Assembly (NCBI GenBank): GCA_963760795.1
Contig: CAVXEP010000017.1
Coordinates: forward strand, 12,686-76,685
DNA: 64,000 bases
Source: an uncultured delta proteobacterium
Lineage (GTDB): Bacteria > Desulfobacterota > Binatia > UBA9968
Direction of reading: 5' to 3'
Of the stretch, positions 1-11,499 are shown one piece after another. The notes under the pieces were generated by a model that saw only the letters and a list, made by a program, of their open reading frames with translations, was not told where the DNA came from and made no database searches. The stretch's first letter is position 1; each line of letters opens with the position of its first letter. The position numbers and the translations under genes were made by a program.

Positions 1-435
1 CAAGCGGCCGACGATTTCCTTGTCGCCGCCGACCATCATGCAGTAGCCGTTTTGCAGTCCCCAGATGCCGCCGCTGGTGCCGGCGTCGACGAAGTGGAGC
101 TTGTGCGGCTTAAGTTTCTCGGCGCGCCGGATGGAGTCTTTGTAGTTGGAGTTGCCGCCGTCGATGATGATGTCGCCTTCGGCCAAACTCGGCAGTAACT
201 GCTCGATGGTCTGGTCCACCGCATCGCCCGACGGCACCATCAGCCAAATCGCCCGCGGCAATGATAATTGCTTGACGAAGTCGGCGAGCGAGTGCGCGCC
301 CACCGCGCCTTTGTCGACGACTCGTTGAATCGCCTCGGCGCTGCGGTCGTAAGTAATCACCTTATGACCGCCGCGCACCAGCCGCTCGGTCATGTTGGCG
401 CCCATTCGGCCTAAGCCGATCATGCCCAATTCCAT
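1..435 (-). CDS. gnd: 6-phosphogluconate dehydrogenase (decarboxylating), N-terminal part; gene runs off the left edge
   Basis: Absent from the ORF track because it is open at the window edge. My minus-strand translation from ATG 433-435 reads MELGMIGLGRMGANMTERLVRGGHKV...HFVDAGTSGGIWGLQNGYCMMVGGDKEIVGRL, with no stop down to position 1. It has a Rossmann GxGxxG start. A GGAGAA Shine-Dalgarno lies just upstream. It is the last gene of the tkt-rpiB-tal/pgi string. Confidence 0.85.
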   Translation of the reverse strand, partial: MELGMIGLGRMGANMTERLVRGGHKVITYDRSAEAIQRVVDKGAVGAHSLADFVKQLSLPRAIWLMVPSGDAVDQTIEQLLPSLAEGDIIIDGGNSNYKDSIRRAEKLKPHKLHFVDAGTSGGIWGLQNGYCMMVGGDKEIVGRL

Positions 436-465
436 CGTATGTTCTCCTTCCCTGGAGAAGCTAAG

Positions 466-3221
466 TTATTTTTGCAGCGCCGCTGCCAAGCGCTCCAAAC
501 CGCCGGCGCTGTCGCCGCCGAGATTGACGCGCAGCGCGCGCCGCCGTCGTTGCTTCAGCGCGGTAAAATCGCCGATCGCTTGCGCCTGGATCAGGGCGTC
601 AAAGGTATAGCTTGTCTCCGGTACAGCTAGATTATCGGCAGATTGGTCGACGATCTGTAGCACCAGCGCCGAATTGGGTCCGCCCTTATGAAGCTGACCG
701 GTGGAATGCAGGAAGCGCGGGCCAAAACCCAAGGTCGTGGCCACGCCAAGACGGTTTTGCAGCGCGGCGCAGAGCGCCGCCAGCTTCGCGCTATTCTCCG
801 GCGACGGCGCAATGTAAGCCTGCACCACGACGTAGTCCCGCGGCTTTTTCTTGCCAAGCCACGCGCCGACCATCTTTTCGAGACCGGCGGGATCGCTGGC
901 TGCGACCTCGTCTTTCAACTTAGCACCAGCCGCTACCGCTCTCGCTCATGGCTTTCTTGGATAGGTCTTTCGCCAGCTGCACATCGGGCTGGTTGAACGG
1001 GTTGATGCCGAGCACCGCACCGGCCGCCGCCACGGCGAATTCCCAGCGGAAAAACTCTTGGCCGATATCATACTTGTCGGCCAAATCGATGCGCGCCACC
1101 GGATGGCCATTGGCTTCCAGCGCCGCCACCTGGCGGTCGAGGTCGTGATTGCTGTCGCTTTCGAGACGAAGATAAACGAAAAAACGATCCGCGCCGTATT
1201 TTTCCGGCGGCGCCAGGTTTTCATTGGCCACCGGCACGATACCTTTGTTTTCTTTGCCCATGCTCTCGGCGATCAATTGTTCGACCCAGGAGGGAAATGC
1301 GCCAAGCGACGGCGAACAAATAAACGTCACCTTATCGCGCTTGGCCAACGTCAACTCGCCCAACGCCGCGCCTAGAATCAAGCCGGGATTGCTCGCCGTC
1401 AGCGACCGCGGCGCCGCAGGCGGCGCTCATGCGCCGCGCCCGCGCCAGCACAGCGCCGATATCGACACCGATCAAAGCCGCCGGCACCAAACCGAACATG
1501 GTTAACGCCGAATAGCGCCCGCCGACTTCTGCCGGCGCATTGAAAGTGCCGCGAAAATTTCTCTCTTTGGCGAGCTGCTCCAACGGCGTGCCGGGATCGG
1601 TGATGGCGACAAAGTGCGGGCCGGGATCGGCGCCAAGCTTTTTCAGTTTGTCCCAGAAGTAAAAGAAAAACGAATTTGTCTCCGTGGTCGTGCCGGACTT
1701 GCTCGAGACTAGAAAGACCGTGTGCGCCAAGTCGATGCCGTTCTCGACGGCTTTAACTGCCGCCGGATGGGTACTGTCGAGGACGCGCAACTTGGGATAG
1801 CCCGGCGCATTGCCAAAGGTTTCTTGAAACACTTCCGGCGCCAGACTCGACCCACCCATGCCGAGCAGCACGACATGTTTCATGCCGTCAGCTTTCGCCT
1901 TGTCGGCGAATGCGCGGAGCGCGGCGACTTCTTTCTCCATGGTTTCGGGAAGCTCGAGCCAACCCAGACGATCGGCCAGTTCCGGCTGCACATCCTTCGA
2001 CCAAACTTTGTGATCTTTTTCCCAGATACGTTTGCCGACTTGAGCCGTCTGCCAGTCCTTGAGCCGTTTTTCGACGCGCTTAAGGGATTTGCCGAGGTGG
2101 AGCTCTTGATGGTTCAAGGCGGCGCCGGCCATCGCCTCGCGCTTTTTCTCCAACGCGCCCATCAGCTGATCGAAGGAAGCTGAGAACGACGCCACGCCGT
2201 CGACTTGTAATTTTTCCGTGATCACGTCGAGGTTGATACCAAGCTTCGCCAAGGTCGCCAGAGCGGCATCAGCATCGTCGAAACCGGTTTTAACCGTAGC
2301 TCCGGGAATCTTGCCGTGGTCGCGAAAAGCGTTGATGGTATCCGGCGGTAACGTGTTGACGGTTTCCGGGCCGATGAGATTCTCGACGTAAAGAACGTCG
2401 GAGTAGGCCGGATTCTTCGTTCCCGTGCTCGCCCACAGCGGCCGCTGCACCCTCGCGCCGCGGCTGCGCAGTGACGCGAATCCTTCGCCGTGAAAAATCT
2501 CCATGAAGCGGCGATAGACGACTTTGGAGTTGGCGATGGCGATCTTGCCGAGCAACGCGCGAGCTTCCGGGCTGCCGTTTTTTTCCAACTCTTTGTCGAC
2601 CACGGTGTCGACACGGCTGACGAAGAACGACGCCACCGAAGCGACCTTGGACGGATCGGCGCAACGCTCCAATCCATTTACGTAAGCGCGCGACACCGCC
2701 TCATAGTCGTCCATGGAAAACATCAAAGTCACGTTGATGCTCAGTCCGTCGGCGATCAGCTGCTCGATGGCGGGAATGCCGGCGGGCGTCGCCGGTACTT
2801 TGATCATCAAGTTGGGGCGGTCGACCGCGGCGCGCAGCCGCTTGGCTGCTGCGATCGTACCTTGAGTGTCGTGGGCCAAATGGGGCGACACTTCGAGGCT
2901 GACGTAGCCGTCGTCGCCGTTACTGGCATCGTAAACCGGACGTAACACGTCGGCAGCCATCTGAATGTCTTCGATGGCCAGCGGCTCGTAGAGTTTTTCC
3001 ACCTCCGCGTTGCCGTCCCGCGCCAGCATGGCGCGCAGCGCCTCGTCGTAGTCCGTGCTGCCGGCGATGGCTTTTTCAAAGATCGTTGGATTGCTGGTGA
3101 CGCCGCGGATCCCGTCGTCGTCAACCAGGCGCTTCAACTCGCCGCTGCGAATCAAGTTGCGCCGGATGTAATCGAGCCAGATCGACTGTCCTTGGCCGCC
3201 GAGTTCCTTCAATGGATTCAT
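466..3221 (-). CDS. bifunctional transaldolase / glucose-6-phosphate isomerase, reading frame broken twice
   Basis: Track ORFs 1332-3221, 920-1381 and 466-918 are consecutive pieces of one protein. Transaldolase motifs ([28 protein letters not shown]) are followed by PGI motifs ([34 protein letters not shown]). The sequence then continues as [15 protein letters not shown] and [18 protein letters not shown] in other frames. Frame changes lie near 1395-1410 and 925-945. A GAGGGAGA RBS precedes ATG 3221. Confidence 0.85.
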
Positions 3222-3233
3222 GTTGATTCTCCC

Positions 3234-3692
3234 TCAGGCTGTCTTAGCGTAACGCCGCTCGAGCGCCGATATTTTTTCGACGCGTCTGCGGTGCCGTTCT
3301 TCGCCGTTGAATTTCGCCGCTAAAAATCGATCCACCAATTCACGCGCGACTTCGACACCGATAATTCTCGCCCCGAGCACGAGTATATTTATGTCATCAT
3401 GCTCGACGCCCTGGTGTGCCGAATAAGTGTCATGACACAATCCGGCACGGATCCCTGGGATCTTGTTCGCCGAGACCGAGGCGCCGACGCCGCTGCCGCA
3501 GACCAGCACGCCGCGTTCCGCTGCGCCCGCCAGCACGGCATTGCCGACCGCTTCGGCGAAGTCGGGATAATCCACCGGCTGGTCGCTATCGGTCCCTTTG
3601 TCGATCACCTCATGGCCATGGTGACGCAGATAGGCGGCGAGAATTTGCTTCAATTCGAAGCCCGCGTGATCGGCGCCGATGACAATGCGCAT
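3234..3692 (-). CDS. rpiB: ribose-5-phosphate isomerase B
   Basis: 152-aa ORF with the [15 protein letters not shown] start and the [13 protein letters not shown] loop typical of RpiB/LacAB. It lies 2 nt after the tkt stop and 12 nt before the tal/pgi start. Confidence 0.9.
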   Translation of the reverse strand: MRIVIGADHAGFELKQILAAYLRHHGHEVIDKGTDSDQPVDYPDFAEAVGNAVLAGAAERGVLVCGSGVGASVSANKIPGIRAGLCHDTYSAHQGVEHDDINILVLGARIIGVEVARELVDRFLAAKFNGEERHRRRVEKISALERRYAKTA

Positions 3693-3694
3693 GC

Positions 3695-5746
3695 TTACCC
3701 TGGCAATTGCGCTTTAGCCGCGGCGACAATGTTCTCCACGGTAAAGCCGAACTTTTTCTGTAAATGTGAAAACGGCGCCGATGCGCCGAAACTTTTCATA
3801 CCGATCACCGCGCCGGTCATGCCGACATATTTTGCCCAGCCCATGGCCACGCCTTGCTCGACGGCGACGCGCGCGCGCACCGCCGCAGGCAGAACCTGTT
3901 CGCGATATTCTTTGCTCTGCCGCTCGAACAATTCCCATGACGGCATGCTGACGACACGCGCCTGGATGCCGTCTTTTTTGAGCTGCTCGTAGGCTTCGAC
4001 GCACAAATAAACTTCGCTGCCGGTGCCGATCAAGATCACCCGCGGCTTGACGCCGTCGGCGTCAGCCAAAATGTAAGCGCCTTTAGCCAATCCGGCGGCG
4101 GCGCCGTACTTCGTCCGGTCCAATGTCGGCAGCGCCTGGCGCGTCAATGCTAGCGCCACCGGTTCATGCTTGAGCGCCATGATCACGCGCCAGGCCTCGA
4201 CCACTTCGTTAGCATCGCCAGGGCGAAGCGTAATCAGACCTGGAATCGCCCGTAGCGACGCCAGCTGCTCCACCGGCTGGTGTGTCGGACCGTCTTCACC
4301 GACGCCGATGGAGTCATGGGTAAAGACGTGAATCGCGGGAATCTCCATAATCGCGCCGAGCCGGATCGCCGGTCGAGCGTAATCGCTGAAAATGAGAAAT
4401 CCGGAACCGTAAGCGCGCACGCCGCACAGCGACATGCCGTTGACGATCGCCGCCATGACATGCTCGCGCACGCCGAAGTGAAAATTGCGCGCGCCGTAAC
4501 TGCCGGCGGCGAAATCGCCGGCGCCGTCAAACGTCAGGCGCGTCTTGGTCGACGGCGCGAGATCCGCCGAGCCGCCCATCAGCCAAGGAACGTGCTTGGC
4601 GATGGCGTTCAAAACTTTGCCGGAAGAATCGCGCGTCGCTTGGCCTTTTGGATCGGCCGGATATTCGCTCAATTCCTTGTCCCAGCCCGCCGGCAGTTCG
4701 CGTTGCTGCAGGGTCGTCAATTGCTCGGCGAGTTCGGGGTATTTTTTCTGGTATGCGGAAAACTTGCCGGTCCACTCATCGCGCAGCGCGCGGCCGCGTT
4801 TGCCGAGAACCCGTTGGAAATTCTCCTGCACGCCCTCGGGAACGAAAAATTTCTCATCCTCCGGCCAGCCGTAGTTTTTCTTGGTCAGTTTGATCTCGCC
4901 GTCGCCCAGCGGCTCGCCATGCGCGGCGGCGGTGTCCTGCTTGGTCGGCGCGCCAAAGGCGATATGGCTTTGCATCACGATAAAGGTCGGCCGGTCGTTA
5001 CACTGGCGGAAGTTTTCCAGCGCCCCATCGAGGGCACTTTGGTCGTTGGCATCGGCGACACGCAAAACGTTCCAGCCATAAGCTTCAAAGCGTTTGCCGA
5101 CATCTTCCGACAGCGCCAAGCTGGTGCTGCCTTCGATGGAGATCCGGTTGCTGTCGTAAATCCAACAAAGATTGCCTAGTTTCAAATGGCCGGCGAGGGA
5201 TGCCGCTTCGCTGCTGATCCCTTCCATCATATCGCCGTCGCCGCACAGCGCGTAAACCGCGAAATCAAATAATTCGAAGCCGGGCCGGTTGAAATAGCTA
5301 CCGAGCCATTTCGAAGCTATCGCCATGCCGACGCTGTTAGCCACGCCCTGGCCGAGCGGCCCGGTGGTGGTCTCGACGCCGGCAGTGAGGCCGAACTCAG
5401 GATGGCCGGGGGTTTTGCTGTCGAGCTGGCGAAAGTTTTTTAAATCGTCGAGGGTCAGCGTCGGCTGATTGAGCACCTGATGCTTGGCATCCAACGCGCG
5501 CACGCCGACTAGGTATAAAGTGGAATAGAGCAGCATCGACGCATGGCCGATGGACAGCACGAAGCGGTCTCGGTTGGGCCAGAGCGGATCGGCGGGGTCA
5601 TATTTTAAATGGCGCTGCCACAGGCCATACATCACCGGCGCCATCGACATGGGTGTGCCGGGGTGACCGGAGTTGGCCTGCTGAACCGCGTCCATGGACA
5701 AAGTGCGGATGGTATTGATGGACAACTGATCGATCGACTGGTTCAT
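3695..5746 (-). CDS. tkt: transketolase
   Basis: Track ORF 3695-5842 trimmed to the internal ATG at 5746 ([30 protein letters not shown]). Motifs: [11 protein letters not shown], the TPP motif [13 protein letters not shown], and [16 protein letters not shown]. Confidence 0.92.
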   Translation of the reverse strand: MNQSIDQLSINTIRTLSMDAVQQANSGHPGTPMSMAPVMYGLWQRHLKYDPADPLWPNRDRFVLSIGHASMLLYSTLYLVGVRALDAKHQVLNQPTLTLDDLKNFRQLDSKTPGHPEFGLTAGVETTTGPLGQGVANSVGMAIASKWLGSYFNRPGFELFDFAVYALCGDGDMMEGISSEAASLAGHLKLGNLCWIYDSNRISIEGSTSLALSEDVGKRFEAYGWNVLRVADANDQSALDGALENFRQCNDRPTFIVMQSHIAFGAPTKQDTAAAHGEPLGDGEIKLTKKNYGWPEDEKFFVPEGVQENFQRVLGKRGRALRDEWTGKFSAYQKKYPELAEQLTTLQQRELPAGWDKELSEYPADPKGQATRDSSGKVLNAIAKHVPWLMGGSADLAPSTKTRLTFDGAGDFAAGSYGARNFHFGVREHVMAAIVNGMSLCGVRAYGSGFLIFSDYARPAIRLGAIMEIPAIHVFTHDSIGVGEDGPTHQPVEQLASLRAIPGLITLRPGDANEVVEAWRVIMALKHEPVALALTRQALPTLDRTKYGAAAGLAKGAYILADADGVKPRVILIGTGSEVYLCVEAYEQLKKDGIQARVVSMPSWELFERQSKEYREQVLPAAVRARVAVEQGVAMGWAKYVGMTGAVIGMKSFGASAPFSHLQKKFGFTVENIVAAAKAQLPG

Positions 5747-5888
5747 AGGATCTGCCTGTTCTAACCGGAGCGCTCCGGCAGGGTTGGTTGCACGCGTATC
5801 TGTATCAGTTTTATCACTTTCGCTCGCCCAGGTCAGCAACATATTCGAACTAATTGGCAGTTTGTCACGGAAATGTAACCTGTCACCG

Positions 5889-6585
5889 TCAGACTTTTGA
5901 CGCAGGCGAAAATCCGAACTTTTCCAAGCAAGCCAATGTCCGGCTCAGCCCTGCGCGCAATTCCGACTTCGGCAATTGCCACAATCGTTGAAAATCTTCA
6001 GCCACGTCGAGGTCGAACCAAGTCGGCAGCACGCTATAGGGCAGGCTAAGGGCGTCGAGTCGCGCGGTCGTGTCAGCGAAAACCCGGTCATGGCTCCAGG
6101 TCATGTTGGCGAATATCTCCGGCGTCGGCTCGATTCATGCCGACTAAGTAATAGCCGCCGTCCGCGCTCGGTCCCAAGACTACTCGCCGCTCCGCTTGCG
6201 CCAACCGACTAATTGCTTCATCAAGAATTGCCCAAGGCAAAGCCGGCAAATCGCTGCCGATGAGGACAATGTTACGATGTCCCAGGTGCCAAAGATCGGC
6301 GAAGACTTGCTCCATGCGCGCGCCGAGATCGCCATCGGATTGCGCCAGATAGACATAACCGGCGCCAGCGAGTTCCCGCATAACATTTTCGGCGTCAGCC
6401 GGTGTGTAAAACACATAGCTCTCGACGCCGGTGAAATTTCTCAGATGGTCGAACTGATCGAGCAGCAGCGCGCGACAGATCTCCGCCGCTTGCGCCGGCG
6501 TCAACGGCGGCACCAAGCGGGTCTTCACCGTTCCCGCCACCGGCGCCTTGGCCATGATGGCAAGCGCGTTAACGTGTGTCGGCAT
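5889..6585 (-). CDS. DUF2064 / TIGR04282-type glycosyltransferase-like protein (arsenosugar-cluster transferase 1), one frame break
   Basis: Track ORFs 6088-6585 and 5889-6104 join as ...GGYYLVGMNR / PTPEIFANMTWSHDRVF. Motifs: AKAPVAGTVKTRL and GPSADGGYYLVGM. The frame change lies near 6125-6135. The start overlaps the upstream GT2 gene by 17 nt. Confidence 0.75.
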
Positions 6586-7246
6586 AGAACTGTTTCAAGC
6601 GGGCCGGCGAAACACCGGTGAGATAGAGTAGCTTCAGCGTCCACATGCGAAAAATCGTCCGCCACACGCCGTCCACTTCCCAACGGCGCGCCGAGGTCAC
6701 CACCCGGCTGCGCAGGCAGGCGACTTCGCCCAGCCGCTTGAGCGCGCGGCAGAACGCGATGTCTTCCATGAGTGGAATGTCCGCGAAACCGCCCATGCGC
6801 TGGAACACTTCGCGGCGCGCGAACAGCGCCTGATCGCCGGTGGCGACTTTGGAGAGCCGCGAGCGATAGCTAATCAGCCGCCCGACCAGCGGCAACATCC
6901 AGTGCTTGCCGTCGAGCTCGACATCGAAGCGGCCGCCGACATAGCGAGGATCGCCCATCGCGCCGGCGATGTCGCTGAACGCCGTTGACGGCAAACGCGT
7001 GTCAGCGTGGAGAAATAACAAGACATCGCCGCTCGCCTCCCGCGCGCCGCGATTCATCTGGCGCGCCCGGCCGCGCTCCGACGGGATCACTTTAACGCCG
7101 AACTCGGCGGCGATCTCCGCCGTTCGGTCCTGGCTGCCGCCGTCGACAACGATGGTTTCGTAAGGTTGCAGGCGCGCCAGCGCCTGCAAGGTCGCGGCGA
7201 TCGATTTCTCTTCGTTGAGCACCGGCACGATGACCGAGATGTTCAT
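6569..7246 (-). CDS. family-2 glycosyltransferase, TIGR04283-type (arsenosugar-cluster transferase 2)
   Basis: Track ORF 6569-7297 trimmed to ATG 7246 (MNISVIVPVLNEEKS). GT2 signature ISVIVPVLNEE...VVDGGSQDRT...LFLHADTRLP. It pairs with the DUF2064 gene, as is typical for this family. Confidence 0.8.
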   Translation of the reverse strand: MNISVIVPVLNEEKSIAATLQALARLQPYETIVVDGGSQDRTAEIAAEFGVKVIPSERGRARQMNRGAREASGDVLLFLHADTRLPSTAFSDIAGAMGDPRYVGGRFDVELDGKHWMLPLVGRLISYRSRLSKVATGDQALFARREVFQRMGGFADIPLMEDIAFCRALKRLGEVACLRSRVVTSARRWEVDGVWRTIFRMWTLKLLYLTGVSPARLKQFYADTR

Positions 7247-7263
7247 CGGACCTCTGGTGCGAC

Positions 7264-8115
7264 TTACGGCTTTAGGTCGACGCCGTTCAAGCGCCAATCG
7301 TAGTCGTGACTCAAGCCGCCCTGGTATTTTTCCAACGCCCCCGACAGTCCTGGATTTGCATAATTCCGCCAGTGCTCCATCAGCCCTTCAGCGTCGCCGC
7401 CAAAATCTTCTTGGAACCAGACATAGATGCTCGACACCTTGAGCTTGCCGCCGGTGAGCGCTACGCCGCGCGGGTGATTGATGAATTCCTTGGCGCCCTT
7501 GTCGAGCAGCGCTTCGGTGTTTTCGCCGGTGTAAGCCGCCGGCTGTAAATTCGGGCAGCCCAAACTGGCGCAGTTGACCGCGTAATGAATCCGCTCATCT
7601 TTCCAGATCGGCCGCAAGATCCGATGCTCAATGTCATCCAGCGACAGCTTCTCGCCTTCCACCGTGAGCAATTTAGCGCCCCAAGGTCCGCGCGCCAGTA
7701 AGCCGGGAGAGATATTGATGTCGCGGATCGACGCCACCGGAAAGCGCGACAGAATCAAATCGACGGTGAGCGCGTTGTAGAGATTGATCCAGTACGCCTG
7801 CTGCTCTTTGCGGTTATAGCTGGAGATCGAAATCCCTTGCAGGCTCTGGAGATAATTCTTTAAAACCTTTTGATCCTCCGGGCGAATTTCTTGATAGCGC
7901 ACCCGATTGATCCCCGATGGATGGATTACGACATACTGCTTGAGCAAACGATCCCAAGCCCCGTGTTCGATTGTTTGCCCGCTCGCCGGATCATGCTTCT
8001 GCCAGCGCGCCCACAACTCCGCCTTGGGCGCGGCCTGCACGTCACTTACCAAGACCGCGCACATCGCCAATATCGCAATCCACGCGATTTGAATTCGAAA
8101 CCCCTTACTCCTCAC
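7264..8115 (-). CDS. DUF547 domain protein with N-terminal signal peptide
   Basis: 283-aa ORF with a GTG start preceded by AAGGAG. Signal-like IAWIAILAMCAVLVSDVQA. DUF547 core YWINLYNALTV...HYAVNCASLGCP. Confidence 0.75.
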   Translation of the reverse strand: MRSKGFRIQIAWIAILAMCAVLVSDVQAAPKAELWARWQKHDPASGQTIEHGAWDRLLKQYVVIHPSGINRVRYQEIRPEDQKVLKNYLQSLQGISISSYNRKEQQAYWINLYNALTVDLILSRFPVASIRDINISPGLLARGPWGAKLLTVEGEKLSLDDIEHRILRPIWKDERIHYAVNCASLGCPNLQPAAYTGENTEALLDKGAKEFINHPRGVALTGGKLKVSSIYVWFQEDFGGDAEGLMEHWRNYANPGLSGALEKYQGGLSHDYDWRLNGVDLKP

Positions 8116-8141
8116 CCTTTACTCCTTACCCTCTTCTCACC
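8101..8141. repeat. short array of 7-8-nt units (minus strand GGTGAGRRG/GTAAGGAG type) overlapping the DUF547 RBS and start
   Basis: Minus strand reads ggtgagaagagggtaaggagtaaagggtgaggagtaagggg. A related copy lies at 12863-12890 (aagaaggtgaggggtaaggagtgagggg). Confidence 0.4.
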
Positions 8142-10390
8142 GTCGCCACTCCAACCATTTGGCAAATATCTTTTTCACCGTCGGCGTCAGCTTGGTGCGC
8201 ATATAGCCATCGCCGATTTTGCGCAGCACCTCGGCCTGAGTCGGGTACGAATGAATCGTCGACGACAAGACGCCAACCGTCTGCTTCGCCGTAATCGCCA
8301 GCGTCAGCTCGCCCAACATTTCGCCGGCATGGCGCGCGACGATGGTGCCGCCGAGAATCCTAGCAGTTTTCTTGTCGTAGTGAACCCGGGCAAACCCTTC
8401 CGCCTCGCCGTCGAGGATCGCCCGGTCGACATCGGCGAGGGACTGCGTGATCGTCGCCACATCGTAGCCCGCGGCCTGGGCATCCTTTTCATAATAGCCG
8501 ACGTGAGCGATCTCCGGGTCGGTATAGGTGCACCAGGGCATGATCAAATCGGTCGCCTTGCGCCGCGACAGAAACAGCGCGTTGGCGATGACGATGCGCG
8601 CCATGGCATCGGCGGCATGGGTAAATTGGTAGCGCGAGCAAACATCGCCGGCGGCAAATACTCGAGGATTAGACGTGCGCATGCGCGCATCGACTTCGAT
8701 GCCGCGCCTGCCATAGCGTACTCCGGCGGCTTCCAAACCCAATCCTTCGAGATTTGCCGTGCGCCCCACCGCTACGAGGATCGCGTCGCAAGCTAAATTC
8801 ATCGGCTGGTCGCCGATATTTAGCGATAAACTCTTCGCGCCGTTCACCTGCGCGGCGCTGTTGAATCTTCGCGCCGGTGATAATCGTCACGCCGTCTTTT
8901 TCGATTTGCTGACGGACCACCGCCGCGGCGTCGCGATCCTCGCGCGGCATGATCGACCCACCGTCGGTGAGCAAAGTCACTTGGCTGCCGAAGCGTTGAA
9001 AACTTTGCGCCAGCTCGCAACCGATGGGCCCGGCGCCGATGACGGCTAGCCGACGCGGCAATTCGGTGAGCGTGAAAATCGTTTCGTTGGTGTAGTAGCC
9101 AGCTTCGCGCAGGCCGGTGATCGCCGGCTCGGCGGCGCGCGCGCCGGTGGCGATTACCGCGCGGTTGAACCGTAGACGTTTGCCGTCGACTTCGATGGTG
9201 TTGGGATCGACGAAGCGGCCATGGCCGATGAAGACATCTACGCCCAACTTGCGGAATCGCTCCGCCGAATCATGTTCGCTGATGCCAGCGCGCAGCCGGC
9301 GCATGCGCTCCATCGCCGCGGCAAAATCGATCTGCGGCTCGCCGGCATGGTGAACGCCGAACTCGGCGCCGTTGCGCGCGTCATGGGCGGCCCGCGCCGC
9401 GCGGATCACGCCCTTGGACGGCACGCAGCCAACGTTGAGGCAATCGCCGCCCAAGAGATTACGCTCGATCAGCGCGACCTTCGCGCCCAGCCCAGCTGCG
9501 CCGGCGGCGCTGACCAATCCCGCCGTACCGCCGCCGATGACAACCATATTGTATTTTCCCGCCGGTGTCGGATTGCTCCAGTGCGGCGGATGGCAGTTGT
9601 CGATCAGCCGTTTGTCGTGGGCATCGTCGGCAAGCAGCATTTCATCATAGGCCGCGGGTTTGTGCCGCGGATTGAGCAGCGGCTGACCGGTCGTGACACT
9701 TCCTTCTTGTTGCTGTTCCGCCTCACGCAACGCTTTGCGCGCGATGCGTGTCACGACCACGACCACTGCGACAGTCGCCAGCAATCCGACATATTTCACA
9801 ATCGTTTGATAAAAACCGGCGGAAGCGTCGGCTTGGCCGGCCAGCGCGTCGCGCGCCGCCGCGCCGATGTAGACGAATAAGAAAGTCGCCGGCAGCATGC
9901 CGAGTAAGTTGGCCAGCACATACGACGGCGTGCGCACCGCCGTGAGGCCAAGCAAATAGTTCAGCAGGACGAATGGAAACACCGGGCTTAATCGGGTCAG
10001 CAAAACCATCTTGAAACCCTGCTTGCCGATGGCCTGATCGAGGGAGCGAAATTTCGGATTGGCGGACGCCCAGCTTGTGACTTTTTCGCGCAGGAAACTC
10101 CGCGCTAAGAGAAATGACGTTAGAGCGCCGAGATTGGCGCCGATAACGACGACGATCAATCCAGTCGACAGGCCAAACAAAGTTCCTGAGCCGATGGTGA
10201 TGGCGCTGCCCGGTATGAACAGCACGGTGCACAAGACATATGCTAACACCATTACGACAGGCCCGATGGGTCCGAGCGACCGCACGTGGCCCTCGATCTG
10301 CATGAACCAAGCGCGCACCGGCAGAAACAGCAAGCCGACAAAAAGCACCGCCAGCAACAACGAAATCATTACAAGTTTGAGCCTTTTCAT
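8137..10390 (-). CDS. fusion protein: TVP38/TMEM64 (SNARE-associated, DedA-like) membrane domain plus class-I pyridine nucleotide-disulfide oxidoreductase (mercuric-reductase/lipoamide-dehydrogenase-like); one frame break
   Basis: Track ORFs 8669-10390 and 8137-8847. The N-terminus holds about 5 TM helices (FIPGSAITIGSGTLFG, VLLTRLSPVFPFVLLNY). Then come GGGTAGL, the redox-active disulfide GGDCLNVGCVPSK, a second Rossmann VIGAGPIGCELAQ, and the dimerisation domain ...MPWCTYTDPEIAHVG...IHSYPT. The frame change lies near 8860-8875. Confidence 0.8.
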
Positions 10391-10473
10391 GATTCTCGTT
10401 AGCTGCGAGACGCCCTCGATGAGTTCTGTTTACTCCGTCAGAAATGAACGGCTGCTCGGACGAAATCACTGTG

Positions 10474-11437
10474 TCAGATCAGCGTGCCGCCGCAACTGCT
10501 ACCGCTACCAGCAGTGCAAGCGTAGCAGTGATCGCCGATGATAATTGCCGGCTTGGTAACCTGTTCTAACGTAAGCGCAGCGATGTGCAGAGGTTTGCCG
10601 CCGCCGCTGTCGGCGATCGGCAGATCGAGCATTTGATTGAAGTCACAGTCGTAAATCCCACCGTCCCAACCAACACTGATCAAATTGCGGCACATGACTT
10701 GATCGACGGTGGCGGCGTTGAAGCTGTTTTCAAGCAAATCCATATAAGGCTCATACTCGCGCGCGCAGTTTGAGATGAGTCGCGTAGCGTGTGATCGGCA
10801 TGTTGGTGAGACAGAACAGATGATTGAACTCGATGCCGAACTGTTCAGCGAGAATTCGCTTGTAGTCCTGCTCAAGTTTCTCCTGCGGCGGCGGTAAGTG
10901 CGGATCGACCGGATTGTAGACCAGATTTAGGACCAAGCCGCTGTCCGGTTGGCCGTAGCCGAGTTCGTTGAAAATTTGCAACGCCCGAATGCTGCCATCA
11001 AAGGTTCCTTTGCCGCGTTGCTTATCGACGTTTTCGATCGAGTAACAAGGTAGCGAACAAACCAATTCTACTTGATGACAGCGAAAAAACTCCGGCAAGT
11101 AGTCCTTGCCCGGCTCGAAGATCACCGTCAGATTGCAGCGATCCATCACATGCCGACCGAGCCCGCGCGCTGATGCGACCAGATAATCGAAATCCGCGTG
11201 GAGCTCCGGCGCCCCGCCGGTGATATCGAGAGTCGGAATGTTGGTATCGCCGAGAAAGCGCAGCACCGCGTCGACATTCTCCCGGCTCATCATCTCCTTG
11301 CGCGTCGGCCCCGCTTCGACGTGGCAGTGAATGCACGCCAAGTTGCAGTAGCGCCCAAGATTCACCTGCAGGACATCGACGGCCCGCCGCTTGAGTCCAT
11401 TGCCGTTTAGATGCAGTCTTTCAGCGAAGGGTTGCAT
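10474..11437 (-). CDS. arsS: arsenosugar-biosynthesis radical SAM protein ArsS (Cys form), one frame break
   Basis: Track ORFs 10751-11437 and 10474-10875. Radical-SAM CNLACIHCH. The C-terminal domain reads ...MCRNLISVGWDGGIYDCDFNQML... and ends HCYACTAGSGSSCGGTLI. The frame change lies near 10770-10800. Confidence 0.8.
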
Positions 11438-11499
11438 GGCAGGATTCTATGAATTCGTACGCACTCGTAAATTTTGACTTTAAAATTTTACCTTTTTAC

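Noticed and set aside
9723-10469. A 248-aa minus-strand ORF overlapping the TVP38 domain gene and the arsS-TVP38 spacer.
   Set aside because: It is out of frame with the well-supported membrane-domain ORF, Arg/His-rich, and has no motifs. It is a shadow ORF.
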